Shown here: piece after piece, positions 1 through 9,589 of the stretch
Layout of the letters: every line of letters starts with the position of its first letter
Position numbering within the stretch: position 1 is the first letter of the stretch
From: an uncultured Dehalococcoidia bacterium
GTDB taxonomy: Bacteria > Chloroflexota > Dehalococcoidia > Lucifugimonadales > JADFKI01
Direction: 5' to 3'
NCBI GenBank assembly: GCA_964595285.1
Contig: CAZQPS010000047.1
Location: forward strand, 27,317-91,316
Length of the DNA: 64,000 nucleotides
Made by a program: the position numbers and the translations under genes
The notes under the pieces: generated by a model
Seen by the model: only the letters and a program-made list of their open reading frames with translations
Database searches by the model: none
What the model was told of the DNA's origin: nothing

Positions 1-554
1 TTCAAGGAGCCATTAGGATTTGAGTCAACATTTGCGTCGCCTAAACGATCACAGTACCTGAATAAAACTCTATTTTCAGATTCAAGAACCTTCAGAGTCT
101 CGTCATCTACGTAATAATTACCTTCTCCATGGGAGATAGGTATATTAAGTACTTCTCCTTTCTCCGCCTCATTAGTAAAAATACTTTCAGCATTCTCAAT
201 TTTGAGATTTACCCATTGACACCTAAATTGCAAATGATCATTGGGCAGTAACACTCCTGGAAGTAATCCAGCCTCACAAAGTATCTGGAACCCATTGCAA
301 ATTCCTATTATCGTCTTACCTTGCTCAGAAAAGTTTTGGAGAGACCGCATAACTGGGGAAAATTTTGCAATAGCACCTGGTCTGAGAAAGTCTCCATATG
401 AAAATCCACCCGGCAATATAATGCAGTCGTAATCTGAGAGATCGGTTTCATTATGCCAAACATACTGTACCGGGTACTTCAGCACTTGATCTATCACCTC
501 ATAACAATCTACGTCACTCCAAGTGCCAGGAAAAACTACCACTCCAAATTTCAA
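1..554 (-). CDS. purQ: phosphoribosylformylglycinamidine synthase subunit PurQ (glutaminase); C-terminus lies beyond the window edge
   Basis: Absent from the ORF track because it is open at the edge. My minus-strand translation from TTG 554 reads LKFGVVVFPGTWSDVDCYEVI..IILPGGFSYGDFLRPGAIAKF..GKTIIGICNGFQILCEAGLLPG..ISHGEGNYY. GICNGFQ is the class-I amidotransferase nucleophile context and HGEG follows it. An AGGAGAAGG RBS lies just upstream of the TTG. Confidence 0.85.
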   Translation of the reverse strand, partial: MKFGVVVFPGTWSDVDCYEVIDQVLKYPVQYVWHNETDLSDYDCIILPGGFSYGDFLRPGAIAKFSPVMRSLQNFSEQGKTIIGICNGFQILCEAGLLPGVLLPNDHLQFRCQWVNLKIENAESIFTNEAEKGEVLNIPISHGEGNYYVDDETLKVLESENRVLFRYCDRLGDANVDSNPNGSL

Positions 555-556
555 TT

Positions 557-1006
557 CTATCCTTCTCCTAGAATATGTCTTACTTTTTCACTGACTTCCT
601 TACCATCAGCTCTCCCTCTAATTTGGGGCATTAATTTCCCCATCACCTTCCCCATATCCTTAGAGCTGGATGCACTGACTTCCATAATGGCCGCATCTAT
701 AAGGGAATCAATCTCTTCAATCGACAAAGGATCTGGTAAATATTGCTTTATTATCTCAAGCTCTACTGTTTCTTTCGCAGAAAGATCCGCTCTCCCTGCC
801 TGATCATATGCTTCTATAGAGTCACGTCGTTGCTGAGCTTGCTTGTTAAGCACTTGCAATTCCTCAACGCCATCTAGTTCCTTTTGCAACGCGATCTCTT
901 CATTATGTAAAGCGGCAAGCAAGAATCTCATGGTCGAACGTTTCTCGACATCACCCTCTTTCATAGCTTTTCTTAATTCACTAGTTAATTGATCCTTCAA
1001 AGACAT
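557..1006 (-). CDS. GatB/YqeY domain-containing protein
   Basis: 149-aa ORF. MSLKDQLTSELRKAMKEGD..KRSTMRFLLAALHNEEI...EIIKQYLP matches the YqeY/GatB C-terminal domain family pattern. Confidence 0.8.
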   Translation of the reverse strand: MSLKDQLTSELRKAMKEGDVEKRSTMRFLLAALHNEEIALQKELDGVEELQVLNKQAQQRRDSIEAYDQAGRADLSAKETVELEIIKQYLPDPLSIEEIDSLIDAAIMEVSASSSKDMGKVMGKLMPQIRGRADGKEVSEKVRHILGEG

Positions 1007-1048
1007 AATGTTTTGTTCCTCTGTTTAACGCTGGTTAAATCAGCTGAT

Positions 1049-2503
1049 TTAAAAACTATTCAAGGCTGTTTCAATAGAAGATATAGTACGTTCCTTTCCC
1101 ATAACTTCCATCGTTTCAAAAAGCGGTGGCGCCACATCCAGGCCTGTGGTTACCAATCGCAGCAATCCAAATAATTGTCCTACCTTTAATCCTAATTCAC
1201 CGGCCATAGGTCTCAATAAAGCATCTAGATTGGCGGCATCAAAGCTTCCCATGTTGTTTATAGCTTTATAAATTCTCTCCAAAGTAACTTTGGTACTTTC
1301 CGCATCCATCCCCTTCTGAATGAAATTGACATCAGACAAATCAACTTCATCTTGCAGCAAGAAGGAGACTAGCGGCGCCGCATCCACTAGTTTCTTCAAA
1401 CGTTCTTGTACCAAAGGTACTATATTTAAAGTAAATTCCTCATTCGGCGAATTACCACCCAAAAGTGGAGGATGGTCCAACCAATAGCTATATATCTCAC
1501 GTGCGAGGTCGCCTGCATCCATATCGCGTATATAATGGCCGTTCATCCAGTCCAGTTTGGTTACGTCAAAAACTGCTCCTGATCTGGAAACCCTCTCTAT
1601 TGAAAACTCACGTACCAAGTCTTCTTGACTAAATAATTCACTTTTATCGTCTAGCGACCAGCCCAACAAAGTCAGAAAATTTACCATCGAATGTGGAAGA
1701 TAGCCTTGTTCCCGATACTCAGTAATCGAAGTAGCCCCGTGCCGCTTGCTTAATTTAGATTTATCAGGAGCGAGAATATTGGGCAGATGTGCAAATTCTG
1801 GAGGATTCCATCCTAGCGAATCGTATAAATTCAAATGTCGAGGAGCACTGGACAACCAATCCTCACCTCTAAATACATGGCTAATTTCCATCAAATGATC
1901 ATCAACCACACTTGCAAAATGATAAGTAGGAAAGCCATCAGATTTAACAATTACAAAATCATCAACGAGATGATTTTGAAATTTAACCTCACCCCTGACC
2001 AGATCATGAAGTATAGACACTCCACTCAGCGGCATTTTAAAACGTACCACACTAAGACTGTCGTTTTGGTTCGTCGCATCTGAATTATCCACATCTCTAC
2101 AGTACCGGTCATATCCAGGATTATCTTTATTGGCGATTTGCAATTTTCTAATATCAGCCAGACGTTCTTGAGTACAATAACACCTGTACGCATGTCCCGA
2201 ATCAATCAATTGACTCGCATATGTGTCATAATATTCTAACCGCTCTGATTGACGGTATGGACCGTAAGGCCCACCTTTGTCAGGACCTTCATCCCAATCC
2301 AAGCCAAGCCATTTCAAAGCTTCCAGTTGAATCTCTTCTGCCCCGACTTGTTTGCGATTTTGGTCGGTATCTTCGATCCGTAGCACAAACTCGCCATCAA
2401 AATGTCTTGCATAAAGCCAGTCATATATGGCGGTACGTATGTTACCCACATGCGGATCACCGGTGGGACTCGGTGCATAGCGAAGCCGTATTCGTGCAGA
2501 CAT
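1049..2503 (-). CDS. gltX: glutamate--tRNA ligase
   Basis: Class I aaRS motifs RYAPSPTGDPHVGNIRTA (HIGH-type) and KLSKRHG (KMSKS). I placed the start at the second ATG (MSARIRLRYAPSPTG), which gives the usual N-terminus. The ATG at 2527 is an alternative. Confidence 0.93.
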   Translation of the reverse strand: MSARIRLRYAPSPTGDPHVGNIRTAIYDWLYARHFDGEFVLRIEDTDQNRKQVGAEEIQLEALKWLGLDWDEGPDKGGPYGPYRQSERLEYYDTYASQLIDSGHAYRCYCTQERLADIRKLQIANKDNPGYDRYCRDVDNSDATNQNDSLSVVRFKMPLSGVSILHDLVRGEVKFQNHLVDDFVIVKSDGFPTYHFASVVDDHLMEISHVFRGEDWLSSAPRHLNLYDSLGWNPPEFAHLPNILAPDKSKLSKRHGATSITEYREQGYLPHSMVNFLTLLGWSLDDKSELFSQEDLVREFSIERVSRSGAVFDVTKLDWMNGHYIRDMDAGDLAREIYSYWLDHPPLLGGNSPNEEFTLNIVPLVQERLKKLVDAAPLVSFLLQDEVDLSDVNFIQKGMDAESTKVTLERIYKAINNMGSFDAANLDALLRPMAGELGLKVGQLFGLLRLVTTGLDVAPPLFETMEVMGKERTISSIETALNSF

Positions 2504-2598
2504 TGTTAGCTGACTCTCCCGCTGCATTCTAACATTCGTGTTTCTCCACTACTATTGTTCAATGCAGTCAAATCACTCAAAATTTAGCCACGTGTAAA

Positions 2599-3498
2599 CT
2601 ACATTATAGAGTCCATGTAAGACTGTAAATCTGAGGGTAATTCACTTGCGAATTCTTTGTATTCCCCTGAACTAGGGAGCTTAAACCCAAGTCTCGAGGC
2701 ATGCAAAAATTGGCGCTCCACACCATATGCCCGAGCATTATACAATTCGTCTCCAACGACTGGGCGATTCAATGACGCAAAATGAACCCTGATCTGATGA
2801 GTTCGCCCTGTCACCAGCGTCACATCTACATAACTATATTCTTCTATATAATCAATTACTTTATATTTAGTTATCGCTCTCCGACCGTTTTCGACGACTG
2901 CCATTCTCTTACGATTCCCAGGATCTCTCCCTATGGGCGCATCTATAATTGCCTCTTCAGGACTGAGTTTACCTTGTAAAAGAGTCAAATAACACTTAAC
3001 GACGGTTCGAGCTTGTATTTGTTCTGATAAATAAACATGCGCATTTTGATTCTTTGCAACTACAATTAATCCGGACGTGTCCTTATCTAATCGGTGTACT
3101 ATACCTGGGCGCAGTGTCCCACCAATATCTCCTATATCGGGACACAATGCCAATACTCCATTTACCAACGTATGATCGGGATGACCAGCAGAAGGATGCA
3201 CTACCAGACCAGCACGTTTATTAATAACCAATATATCTGAATCTTCATGGACAATGTCCAAATCCATACGTTGAGGCTTTAATTGACTGGGAACGGGAGC
3301 GGGGACAAATACTTGGATTAGCTGACCTTCCCTAAGTCTAGTTGAAGCCTTAGTTTCCCTATCGTCCAGAGTAATCAAACCTTGCGAAATGAGTTGTTGC
3401 AAGCGCGCTCTAGAAAGGTCTTCACATTTTCTGTCTAGAAATTTATCTAACCTTTCCCCTGCAGATTCTGCTTTAAATTGTCTCTCCATACCTTTCAA
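2599..3498 (-). CDS. rluD: RluA-family 23S rRNA pseudouridine synthase (RluD-like)
   Basis: N-terminal S4-like region (GERLDKFL), catalytic motif HRLDKDTSGLIVVAK, and GRTHQIRVH near the C-terminus. The track start is a TTG overlapping the lspA stop. ATG 3489 (MERQF..) is an alternative start. Confidence 0.88.
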   Translation of the reverse strand: MKGMERQFKAESAGERLDKFLDRKCEDLSRARLQQLISQGLITLDDRETKASTRLREGQLIQVFVPAPVPSQLKPQRMDLDIVHEDSDILVINKRAGLVVHPSAGHPDHTLVNGVLALCPDIGDIGGTLRPGIVHRLDKDTSGLIVVAKNQNAHVYLSEQIQARTVVKCYLTLLQGKLSPEEAIIDAPIGRDPGNRKRMAVVENGRRAITKYKVIDYIEEYSYVDVTLVTGRTHQIRVHFASLNRPVVGDELYNARAYGVERQFLHASRLGFKLPSSGEYKEFASELPSDLQSYMDSIM

Positions 3499-4010
3499 AT
3501 AACGTCAGGCTCTCCATTACTTTCAGCCTGCCTTTCATGTGAAGATGATTTTTCTTCAAAAAACAAAAGAGTCGTAATCATGATCACCATGCCGACTACA
3601 ATAGAAGAATCGGCTATGTTGAATACCGGCCACCAACCTACGTCAAAAAAGTCTATGACCGATCCATATACTATCCTGTCTAAAATGTTTCCCGATGCGC
3701 CACCTAGTTGCAGACCTATAGAAAGTCTCAGTATTGGCATATTCACAGCCTTGGCCCTGTAAATATAGACCAGAAATCCTACAGCTACCAAAGAAGCGAA
3801 AATGAGAAAAGTTGTCTGATGCCTTAACAGGCCAAATGCAGTTCCAGTATTAGTGACATACGTAAGCCTGAGGAAACCTTCTGCAGGCCATGATTGTCCC
3901 AGATAGAAATTACTCTTCACCAATAACTTTGTTATTTGATCTAAAATAAATACGGTAGGTATTGTGGAAAGTAAAATCCAATCCCTATACCAAGAAAGTT
4001 TACTTCTCAT
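3495..4010 (-). CDS. lspA: signal peptidase II (lipoprotein signal peptidase)
   Basis: 171 aa with four hydrophobic segments. GNILDRI and FNIADSSIVVGMV motifs are typical of LspA. Confidence 0.88.
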   Translation of the reverse strand: MRSKLSWYRDWILLSTIPTVFILDQITKLLVKSNFYLGQSWPAEGFLRLTYVTNTGTAFGLLRHQTTFLIFASLVAVGFLVYIYRAKAVNMPILRLSIGLQLGGASGNILDRIVYGSVIDFFDVGWWPVFNIADSSIVVGMVIMITTLLFFEEKSSSHERQAESNGEPDVI

Positions 4011-4081
4011 TCTTTAACTACTCTATTAAATCTAATATATGTATTTAATACAGCCCACATCGCTCAAAAGGACCAAAGTTT

Positions 4082-5533
4082 CTAAATTAAGCCGGTGCGC
4101 TGCCATTTACCTGTAAAATAATACCATGTAAACAGAATAAGCCTTATAAACATAGCTATTACAATCGCACAAGGAATCCCCAAATGCCCTAAAGGAGTCA
4201 TCATCGCTAGCCCATAAGATAGAGGTATTTCAATAGCCCACGTAGTCAATACAGTAATCAACATAGGGACTAATGTAGCCCCTGAAGTATTAAAACCCTG
4301 GGTGAAAACCTGTACCGGGGACATGGCAAGATATCCGAAAGCTGCCAGAGTTAACCACCCTACGCCAATCTCAATGAAGGCAGTATCTTCATTAAAAACC
4401 GATAATAAAAACTCAGGGAATAGCAAAAATCCAAATATGATAGGAGTAGTTATACCTGTCACGTAAACGAGAGCCCACAGGAAAGTAGACTTAGCTCTGC
4501 CTACCAGATTAATACTAAGGTTATGCGCTGCTAAAGCCCCCGCAGCCCTGCCGAATCCCCTAGAGCTATGATTAACTATATTGTCCGCACGACGAATAAA
4601 GGCAAATACTGCAACTGCTGCTTCACCAAATTGAACGGCAATTCCAACTACAACTAATTGGGAGAGCCCTGCTTGCATACTGGTAATTGACGCTGGAATA
4701 CCTACATTAATGATATTCTTCATCAGAGGCCAATCCAGGCGGTAATCTCTCAAAGTGATACTGAGTTCCGTCCTACTACCTGACAAAGCATGGAAATTCA
4801 TAGCCGTACCTATCACCTCAGCCACTACCCGTGCTAGTCCGGCCCCGCTCAGACCTAACTCAGGAAAACCTATCCAACCAAACATTAACAATGGACTGAG
4901 CAGCAAATGAAACATTCTTGTCGCGAAGGCAGCTCTTAATGGAGTCAAGCTATCCCCTGAAGCCTGCAGAGCTCCACCAGTCAGTCTCTGAAAACTAAGA
5001 ATCATCAAGGCGACAATTTGCAGGCGCATATACCCGGAAGCCTGTTCAACCACAGCCTCACTTAATCCCGTGAGACCTAGTAAAAATTCTGTAAACAACA
5101 GTCCCAATACAATCACAAAAATGGCTAAGAGAGTTGTGAGTGTCAGTGACTGCATCAATACATGATTTGCATAGGGAATGTTTCGAGCACCAACAGCCCG
5201 TGAAATCATTGCTCGCATACTCGAATCAAATCCAATGCGGGCCTGAATAACAGTTGTAAGATATGCTTGGGAAACCCCCATCCCAGCCATAGCCTGAAAC
5301 CCTATTTTACCGGCCCAAAGTAGATCTGCGAGCTGATCTACAACGCTGAGAAAACTCTCGGCCATCTGAGGCCAACCGAGATGCCAGAGATTCTTCCTTA
5401 TGCTACCCTTAGTGAGATCTCTTTTTGGCTTCCTTCCAGAAATACCTTCGGATGTTGAATCATGATTGTCGTCAGATTTCTCCCCAACATCATGCGTATT
5501 TTTATCGTGATGGGACGAACTACCACCCATCAA
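4082..5533 (-). CDS. MATE family efflux transporter
   Basis: 483-aa polytopic membrane protein of about 12 TM segments with a MatE-like repeat organisation. It has a His/Asp-rich N-terminal extension (SSSHHDKNTHD..DNHD). Confidence 0.72.
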   Translation of the reverse strand: MMGGSSSHHDKNTHDVGEKSDDNHDSTSEGISGRKPKRDLTKGSIRKNLWHLGWPQMAESFLSVVDQLADLLWAGKIGFQAMAGMGVSQAYLTTVIQARIGFDSSMRAMISRAVGARNIPYANHVLMQSLTLTTLLAIFVIVLGLLFTEFLLGLTGLSEAVVEQASGYMRLQIVALMILSFQRLTGGALQASGDSLTPLRAAFATRMFHLLLSPLLMFGWIGFPELGLSGAGLARVVAEVIGTAMNFHALSGSRTELSITLRDYRLDWPLMKNIINVGIPASITSMQAGLSQLVVVGIAVQFGEAAVAVFAFIRRADNIVNHSSRGFGRAAGALAAHNLSINLVGRAKSTFLWALVYVTGITTPIIFGFLLFPEFLLSVFNEDTAFIEIGVGWLTLAAFGYLAMSPVQVFTQGFNTSGATLVPMLITVLTTWAIEIPLSYGLAMMTPLGHLGIPCAIVIAMFIRLILFTWYYFTGKWQRTGLI

Positions 5534-5747
5534 GCACGTCCCCCTTCAGATTAAAGTAAATCACCCAGATCCAATCTACTGTTTGCCATCCATTCCGAGC
5601 AATCACAATTCACCCAGAACTAGACTGCCAACTGAGATACTTAGGAATTTATATGCCCGTGTTCTATTCAGAATAGCAGCATATAAACTAAATATAAAGT
5701 TTTGTATGTGACAGGTTTTGAGGAAAGCTTACATAGGGATTAGACTG

Positions 5748-6452
5748 TTACAGAATTTCCCCAGTAACTGGATCCAAAACTAGTAAAACGTCATTGATTT
5801 TCAAACCTAAGGTGTCCCTAATTTTCACCATACCTTGAACAAAATCTTTCTGGCTATCCAGATTAATAGATGCAAGAACATCCGATACTTCCTGTCCTAA
5901 TTTAGAAACACTAGGTGCCCGACCCTTAATAGCGTTGTGAATCTTTTCCCAATCTTCGTAACTTAGTTCTAAACTTAACTGGCAATATCTGATAGCCCAA
6001 GTAAAAAACCATGGGCTACCGTAATCTGGAGCCGGACTTTTTATAATCCCACTTAAAGCCGAATCGAAGAGACGCTGTTTTATTCGTTCCCATCTAAATC
6101 CCATTTCTTTTAATTTGCGTTCTAAGGGCACATGAGTCAACAATTCTTCAATATCAGCGCCTATCCGTGCTTCTGCAGAATCCGGACCATATATTTCCCC
6201 ACGTACAGCCCTTGGAAATCCCATTTGGCGAAGGTATACATGATAAAGTTCGTGGGCAACATGATATGCGAAATCGTCATCAGGAAGATCAGCCCAATCA
6301 GGTAATTCAGGAAATTTATCCTCGTAGCTTTTATCCCCAAAAACCTGTCTCCCTCCAGTTTCAATAATCTCTGCCGGAATATTTATAGTACTCCCAAACT
6401 CATCCCAAAAATCATTAAATGGATCTACCAGTCGCCTTCCTTGAACATTCAC
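5748..6452 (-). CDS. hypothetical protein with HExxH motif (putative zinc metallopeptidase-like)
   Basis: 234-aa ORF. The only recognisable element is AHELYHVYL (HExxH). No signal peptide or TM segment is seen. Confidence 0.55.
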   Translation of the reverse strand: MNVQGRRLVDPFNDFWDEFGSTINIPAEIIETGGRQVFGDKSYEDKFPELPDWADLPDDDFAYHVAHELYHVYLRQMGFPRAVRGEIYGPDSAEARIGADIEELLTHVPLERKLKEMGFRWERIKQRLFDSALSGIIKSPAPDYGSPWFFTWAIRYCQLSLELSYEDWEKIHNAIKGRAPSVSKLGQEVSDVLASINLDSQKDFVQGMVKIRDTLGLKINDVLLVLDPVTGEIL

Positions 6453-6570
6453 AGCATAACCTCATATATATCATCTGTATATTTAATGCTTTTAATAGAT
6501 GACTAAAGACTCACTATATTTGTATAGGTTTTCAAGTTCCGAATTTAGTTACTGACAATTTCGTAAATAT

Positions 6571-7800
6571 TTAGAAAACAATCCCATCCAATTTTACTTT
6601 GAAGGGTGGACCTCCATCGGCTCTTAGTTCTCGGGCAAGCTTTCTTCCTGCCGACCAACTGCCTCCTTGAAGAAATTGTCCCATACTAAGATCTATGGGC
6701 TGATCAATCGCTAAACAAGTTTCTACAATCGGTTTTAATTTATCCAATATGGAAATAGTTAAAGCTCGCCATTCGACCACTAATTCTGATGAAATATCAA
6801 GCGTTTCTTGTATTGGTGGCATGGTTATCACTCTTAGGACATCCATGTCGACCAGCAGGCCTCCATTTCTATATTCAGGTAACCCTGTTAGTTTTGTCTT
6901 GTCGACCACCGTTATCCCAAAATTCTCCAATGGCTCCAACAAAGAATACGTTAGCCACTGTAAAATCTTATGAAAAGGAATCAAACCCAACGGATTTGTT
7001 GAGGATTCCAAAGCCGTATGGTGCCAAATATCTCCGGCGACCCCTTTTGGCAAATCCTCTCTTACCCACAACTTAGCCAAATTAGTAGTCAAGATTTCGA
7101 AAAGGACTGACATTGAAATTATATTGTCTGAAGCTAGGGACAAAATTTCGTCTGCCAAATGCCCGAGTCTGAATGAACCATTGTGAAAAAAAGATTGGGA
7201 TGATTTAATTGCAATACCTAGATCTTTTAACAATTTGATCCTACTTGAAAACCCAACAAGTGCATTACCGTCGCTAATTTGAAACTGGGAATATAATTCT
7301 TGTTCAGTCAAAGAATTTATAACATCACCGTCCACATAAAACGGATTGTCAGATCGAGGCGAATAAATACCATTCCAGTAACAGTTAAATGAAGCTACCG
7401 CGAGTCCTTCAGATCTTGAAAGATAAGTTTTTGTTTTTTTGTCGTAGTATTGCCATCTAGGGCCAGCACCTCCGTCTAGTAGTACGGAGGTGATTATCAA
7501 CTCAAATTGCCTTCTTAGTTTTTCAATATTTTCCGCTTCAAGATCAGCATTATACAAATCAAGATAAGCGGTAGGGAAATGTCGGATTCTTGAATGAATA
7601 GGAATCAGAAGATCCGGATAATTTTCTTTTATGACATCCGCGATATAAGAGGCTGTGGGCAATAACCGTGACTGATCAACTTGAAAGTGCTTAGAATGAC
7701 CTTGGGAGACAAAATCAAATAATTTTCTAGATCCTGTTCTTATTTTCGAAAGGTCGTAGTATTGTTCAGCAGGTTCTGTGGGTGTCATATGTCTTATCAC
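6571..7800 (-). CDS. DUF1688 (URC4-like) family protein
   Basis: 409 aa. The length and blocks such as GGLLVD..., EWRALTI.LLD and the C-terminal GGPPFKV..DG resemble my recollection of the DUF1688/URC4 family. The assignment is from memory, not from a search. Confidence 0.5.
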   Translation of the reverse strand: MIRHMTPTEPAEQYYDLSKIRTGSRKLFDFVSQGHSKHFQVDQSRLLPTASYIADVIKENYPDLLIPIHSRIRHFPTAYLDLYNADLEAENIEKLRRQFELIITSVLLDGGAGPRWQYYDKKTKTYLSRSEGLAVASFNCYWNGIYSPRSDNPFYVDGDVINSLTEQELYSQFQISDGNALVGFSSRIKLLKDLGIAIKSSQSFFHNGSFRLGHLADEILSLASDNIISMSVLFEILTTNLAKLWVREDLPKGVAGDIWHHTALESSTNPLGLIPFHKILQWLTYSLLEPLENFGITVVDKTKLTGLPEYRNGGLLVDMDVLRVITMPPIQETLDISSELVVEWRALTISILDKLKPIVETCLAIDQPIDLSMGQFLQGGSWSAGRKLARELRADGGPPFKVKLDGIVF

Positions 7801-7889
7801 CGTATACGGAAATTATTCCGCGAAATCAAGTCTGGTATTTAATGATATATTACCGTTTCACACACTTGATCTCAAAGGAGTCTCGGAAG

Positions 7890-8531
7890 ATGGATAATTT
7901 TTCAGCCTTATGGGAAAAGGAAGATTTGTTGAAAAAAGTTTCTGAACACCGCTTTTTCAAAGATTTTCTTTCAGGCAATTTAACTGCAAACAGCTACTTT
8001 AGTTATCTGAAACTAGAGTTTGATTTCGTTAAGACGGCTGCACAAAGTTACGGAGCTGCCATTAGTAGAACAACAAATCTAGAGCACATCCGAGAACTAA
8101 GTAGAGCACTATATGGTCTGACTCATGAGCAATTTATTTTTTTTCAACACGTTGAAGAGAATGAAATTAACCAAGAATTTATATCAAAAGAAAATCCATC
8201 TTACGATTCTGAACTTAAGATAATTTTTCAAGGTCTTACTTCTCATGGAAGCTTCACCGAATTATTGGTCGCGTTTTATGCTGCAGAAAGTCTCTACTCC
8301 ACTTGGTGTGCTATGCCAGTGACCGCTACATCATTATCAGAAAGCAGACAAAGCTGGATAGATATGCATCGCACTCACGAATTTTTAACTCACCGTGCCT
8401 GGCTTGGAAAAACAATAATGAACGAACTCCAAAATGAACATGTAGACACGCGGCATTTAAAGGCATTATTCCGGAACGTTCTATCTGCTGAATCAGACTT
8501 CCATAACATCCCATATCCCTTAACAGAATAA
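7890..8531 (+). CDS. TenA/PqqC-like (haem-oxygenase-like fold) protein
   Basis: I moved the start to ATG 7890, which has an AAAGGAG RBS 8 nt upstream. HRFFKDFLSGNLTANSYFSYLKLEFDFV resembles the TenA N-terminal pattern (HPF..l..G.L....f..Yl.QD). The TenA_C active-site Cys context is not evident (FYAAES). Confidence 0.6.
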   Translation: MDNFSALWEKEDLLKKVSEHRFFKDFLSGNLTANSYFSYLKLEFDFVKTAAQSYGAAISRTTNLEHIRELSRALYGLTHEQFIFFQHVEENEINQEFISKENPSYDSELKIIFQGLTSHGSFTELLVAFYAAESLYSTWCAMPVTATSLSESRQSWIDMHRTHEFLTHRAWLGKTIMNELQNEHVDTRHLKALFRNVLSAESDFHNIPYPLTE

Positions 8532-8548
8532 CAACGGGAGCTGCAAAT

Positions 8549-9454
8549 ATGACAAAGTGTTTTGTGATAGGTAACTCAACAATTGATAAAACCTTCTTAA
8601 CCAATGAGTCTTTGAAATTTGGCGAATCCATATTGTCCTTCTCAACAAAAGAAAGCATCGGTGGCAAAGGTGTTAATCAGGCCGTCGCTATAGCACGATG
8701 TGGTATTGAAGTTGATTTTATTTCCTCAATCGGAACCGACCATCAGGGCCAGACTATAGAAAATGTTTTAATGCAGGAAGAGATGAAACTACATTTGTAT
8801 AAGCATTCGGGTGCCTCCGACCAATCAGTCATCATAGTGAACTCTGATGGAGAAAATGCGATAGTCACTTCAAAAGAATGTATTTCCAAATTGGATATAG
8901 ACCTTTTAGACAAACATTTAGTGAGAGGTACTTCTTCTGACTATGTGTTGCTCCAAGGGAATCTCAACTATGAAGCCACGCATCAAATATTGTTAAATTC
9001 TAAAAAGCTAAACATGACCACTATAGTCAACCCTTCGCCCATTCAGTTCGAATATGATTCATTGTGGCAATTAATTGACATTATTGTACTTAATGAACAT
9101 GAATTTTGTCGCTTAACTAGAGAAAGAGACGTACTTAAAGGCATGCAGGCCTTATATCAACCAAATGTTAAGCACATAATAGTTACGCGTTCAAAAGAAA
9201 GTGTTCTTCACTATTCGGGAGATGTTCTTGAGAAATTTGAAGTACCAAAAACCGAAGTGGTTGACACATCAGGCGCTGGAGATCTCTTCTGCGGGATTCT
9301 AGTCGGCGCATTCCTAAAGGGGATAACAATATCTGAATCAATAGCTGCAGCGATTAGTTGCGCATCTCTTTCTACAACGAAAATAGGGACTCTGGAATCA
9401 TATCCTCCAAGTGAAGTCGTAGAATCTATTTTAGACTCGCCTTATATAAAATAG
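8549..9454 (+). CDS. PfkB-family carbohydrate kinase (ribokinase-like)
   Basis: VIGNSTIDKT...GGKGVNQAVAIARCG at the N-terminus and the PfkB signature DTSGAGDLFCG near the C-terminus. Confidence 0.82.
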   Translation: MTKCFVIGNSTIDKTFLTNESLKFGESILSFSTKESIGGKGVNQAVAIARCGIEVDFISSIGTDHQGQTIENVLMQEEMKLHLYKHSGASDQSVIIVNSDGENAIVTSKECISKLDIDLLDKHLVRGTSSDYVLLQGNLNYEATHQILLNSKKLNMTTIVNPSPIQFEYDSLWQLIDIIVLNEHEFCRLTRERDVLKGMQALYQPNVKHIIVTRSKESVLHYSGDVLEKFEVPKTEVVDTSGAGDLFCGILVGAFLKGITISESIAAAISCASLSTTKIGTLESYPPSEVVESILDSPYIK

Positions 9455-9589
9455 AATATACAAGAGCCACATACTGCTAATATTTAGGCAAGTCGAACGT
9501 CTATCAAAATGTGCTAAAGTGGTCGGTATCGCAAAACCATAACTTATAACTTACGTCTTCAGGCGTAGTCTTGACAGCGAAAGAAAATC

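Noticed and set aside
7801-7889. A TPP riboswitch upstream of the TenA-like gene.
   Set aside because: The spacer is only ~90 nt and lacks the CUGAGA and ACCUGAUCUGGAUAAUGCCAGCG-type cores.
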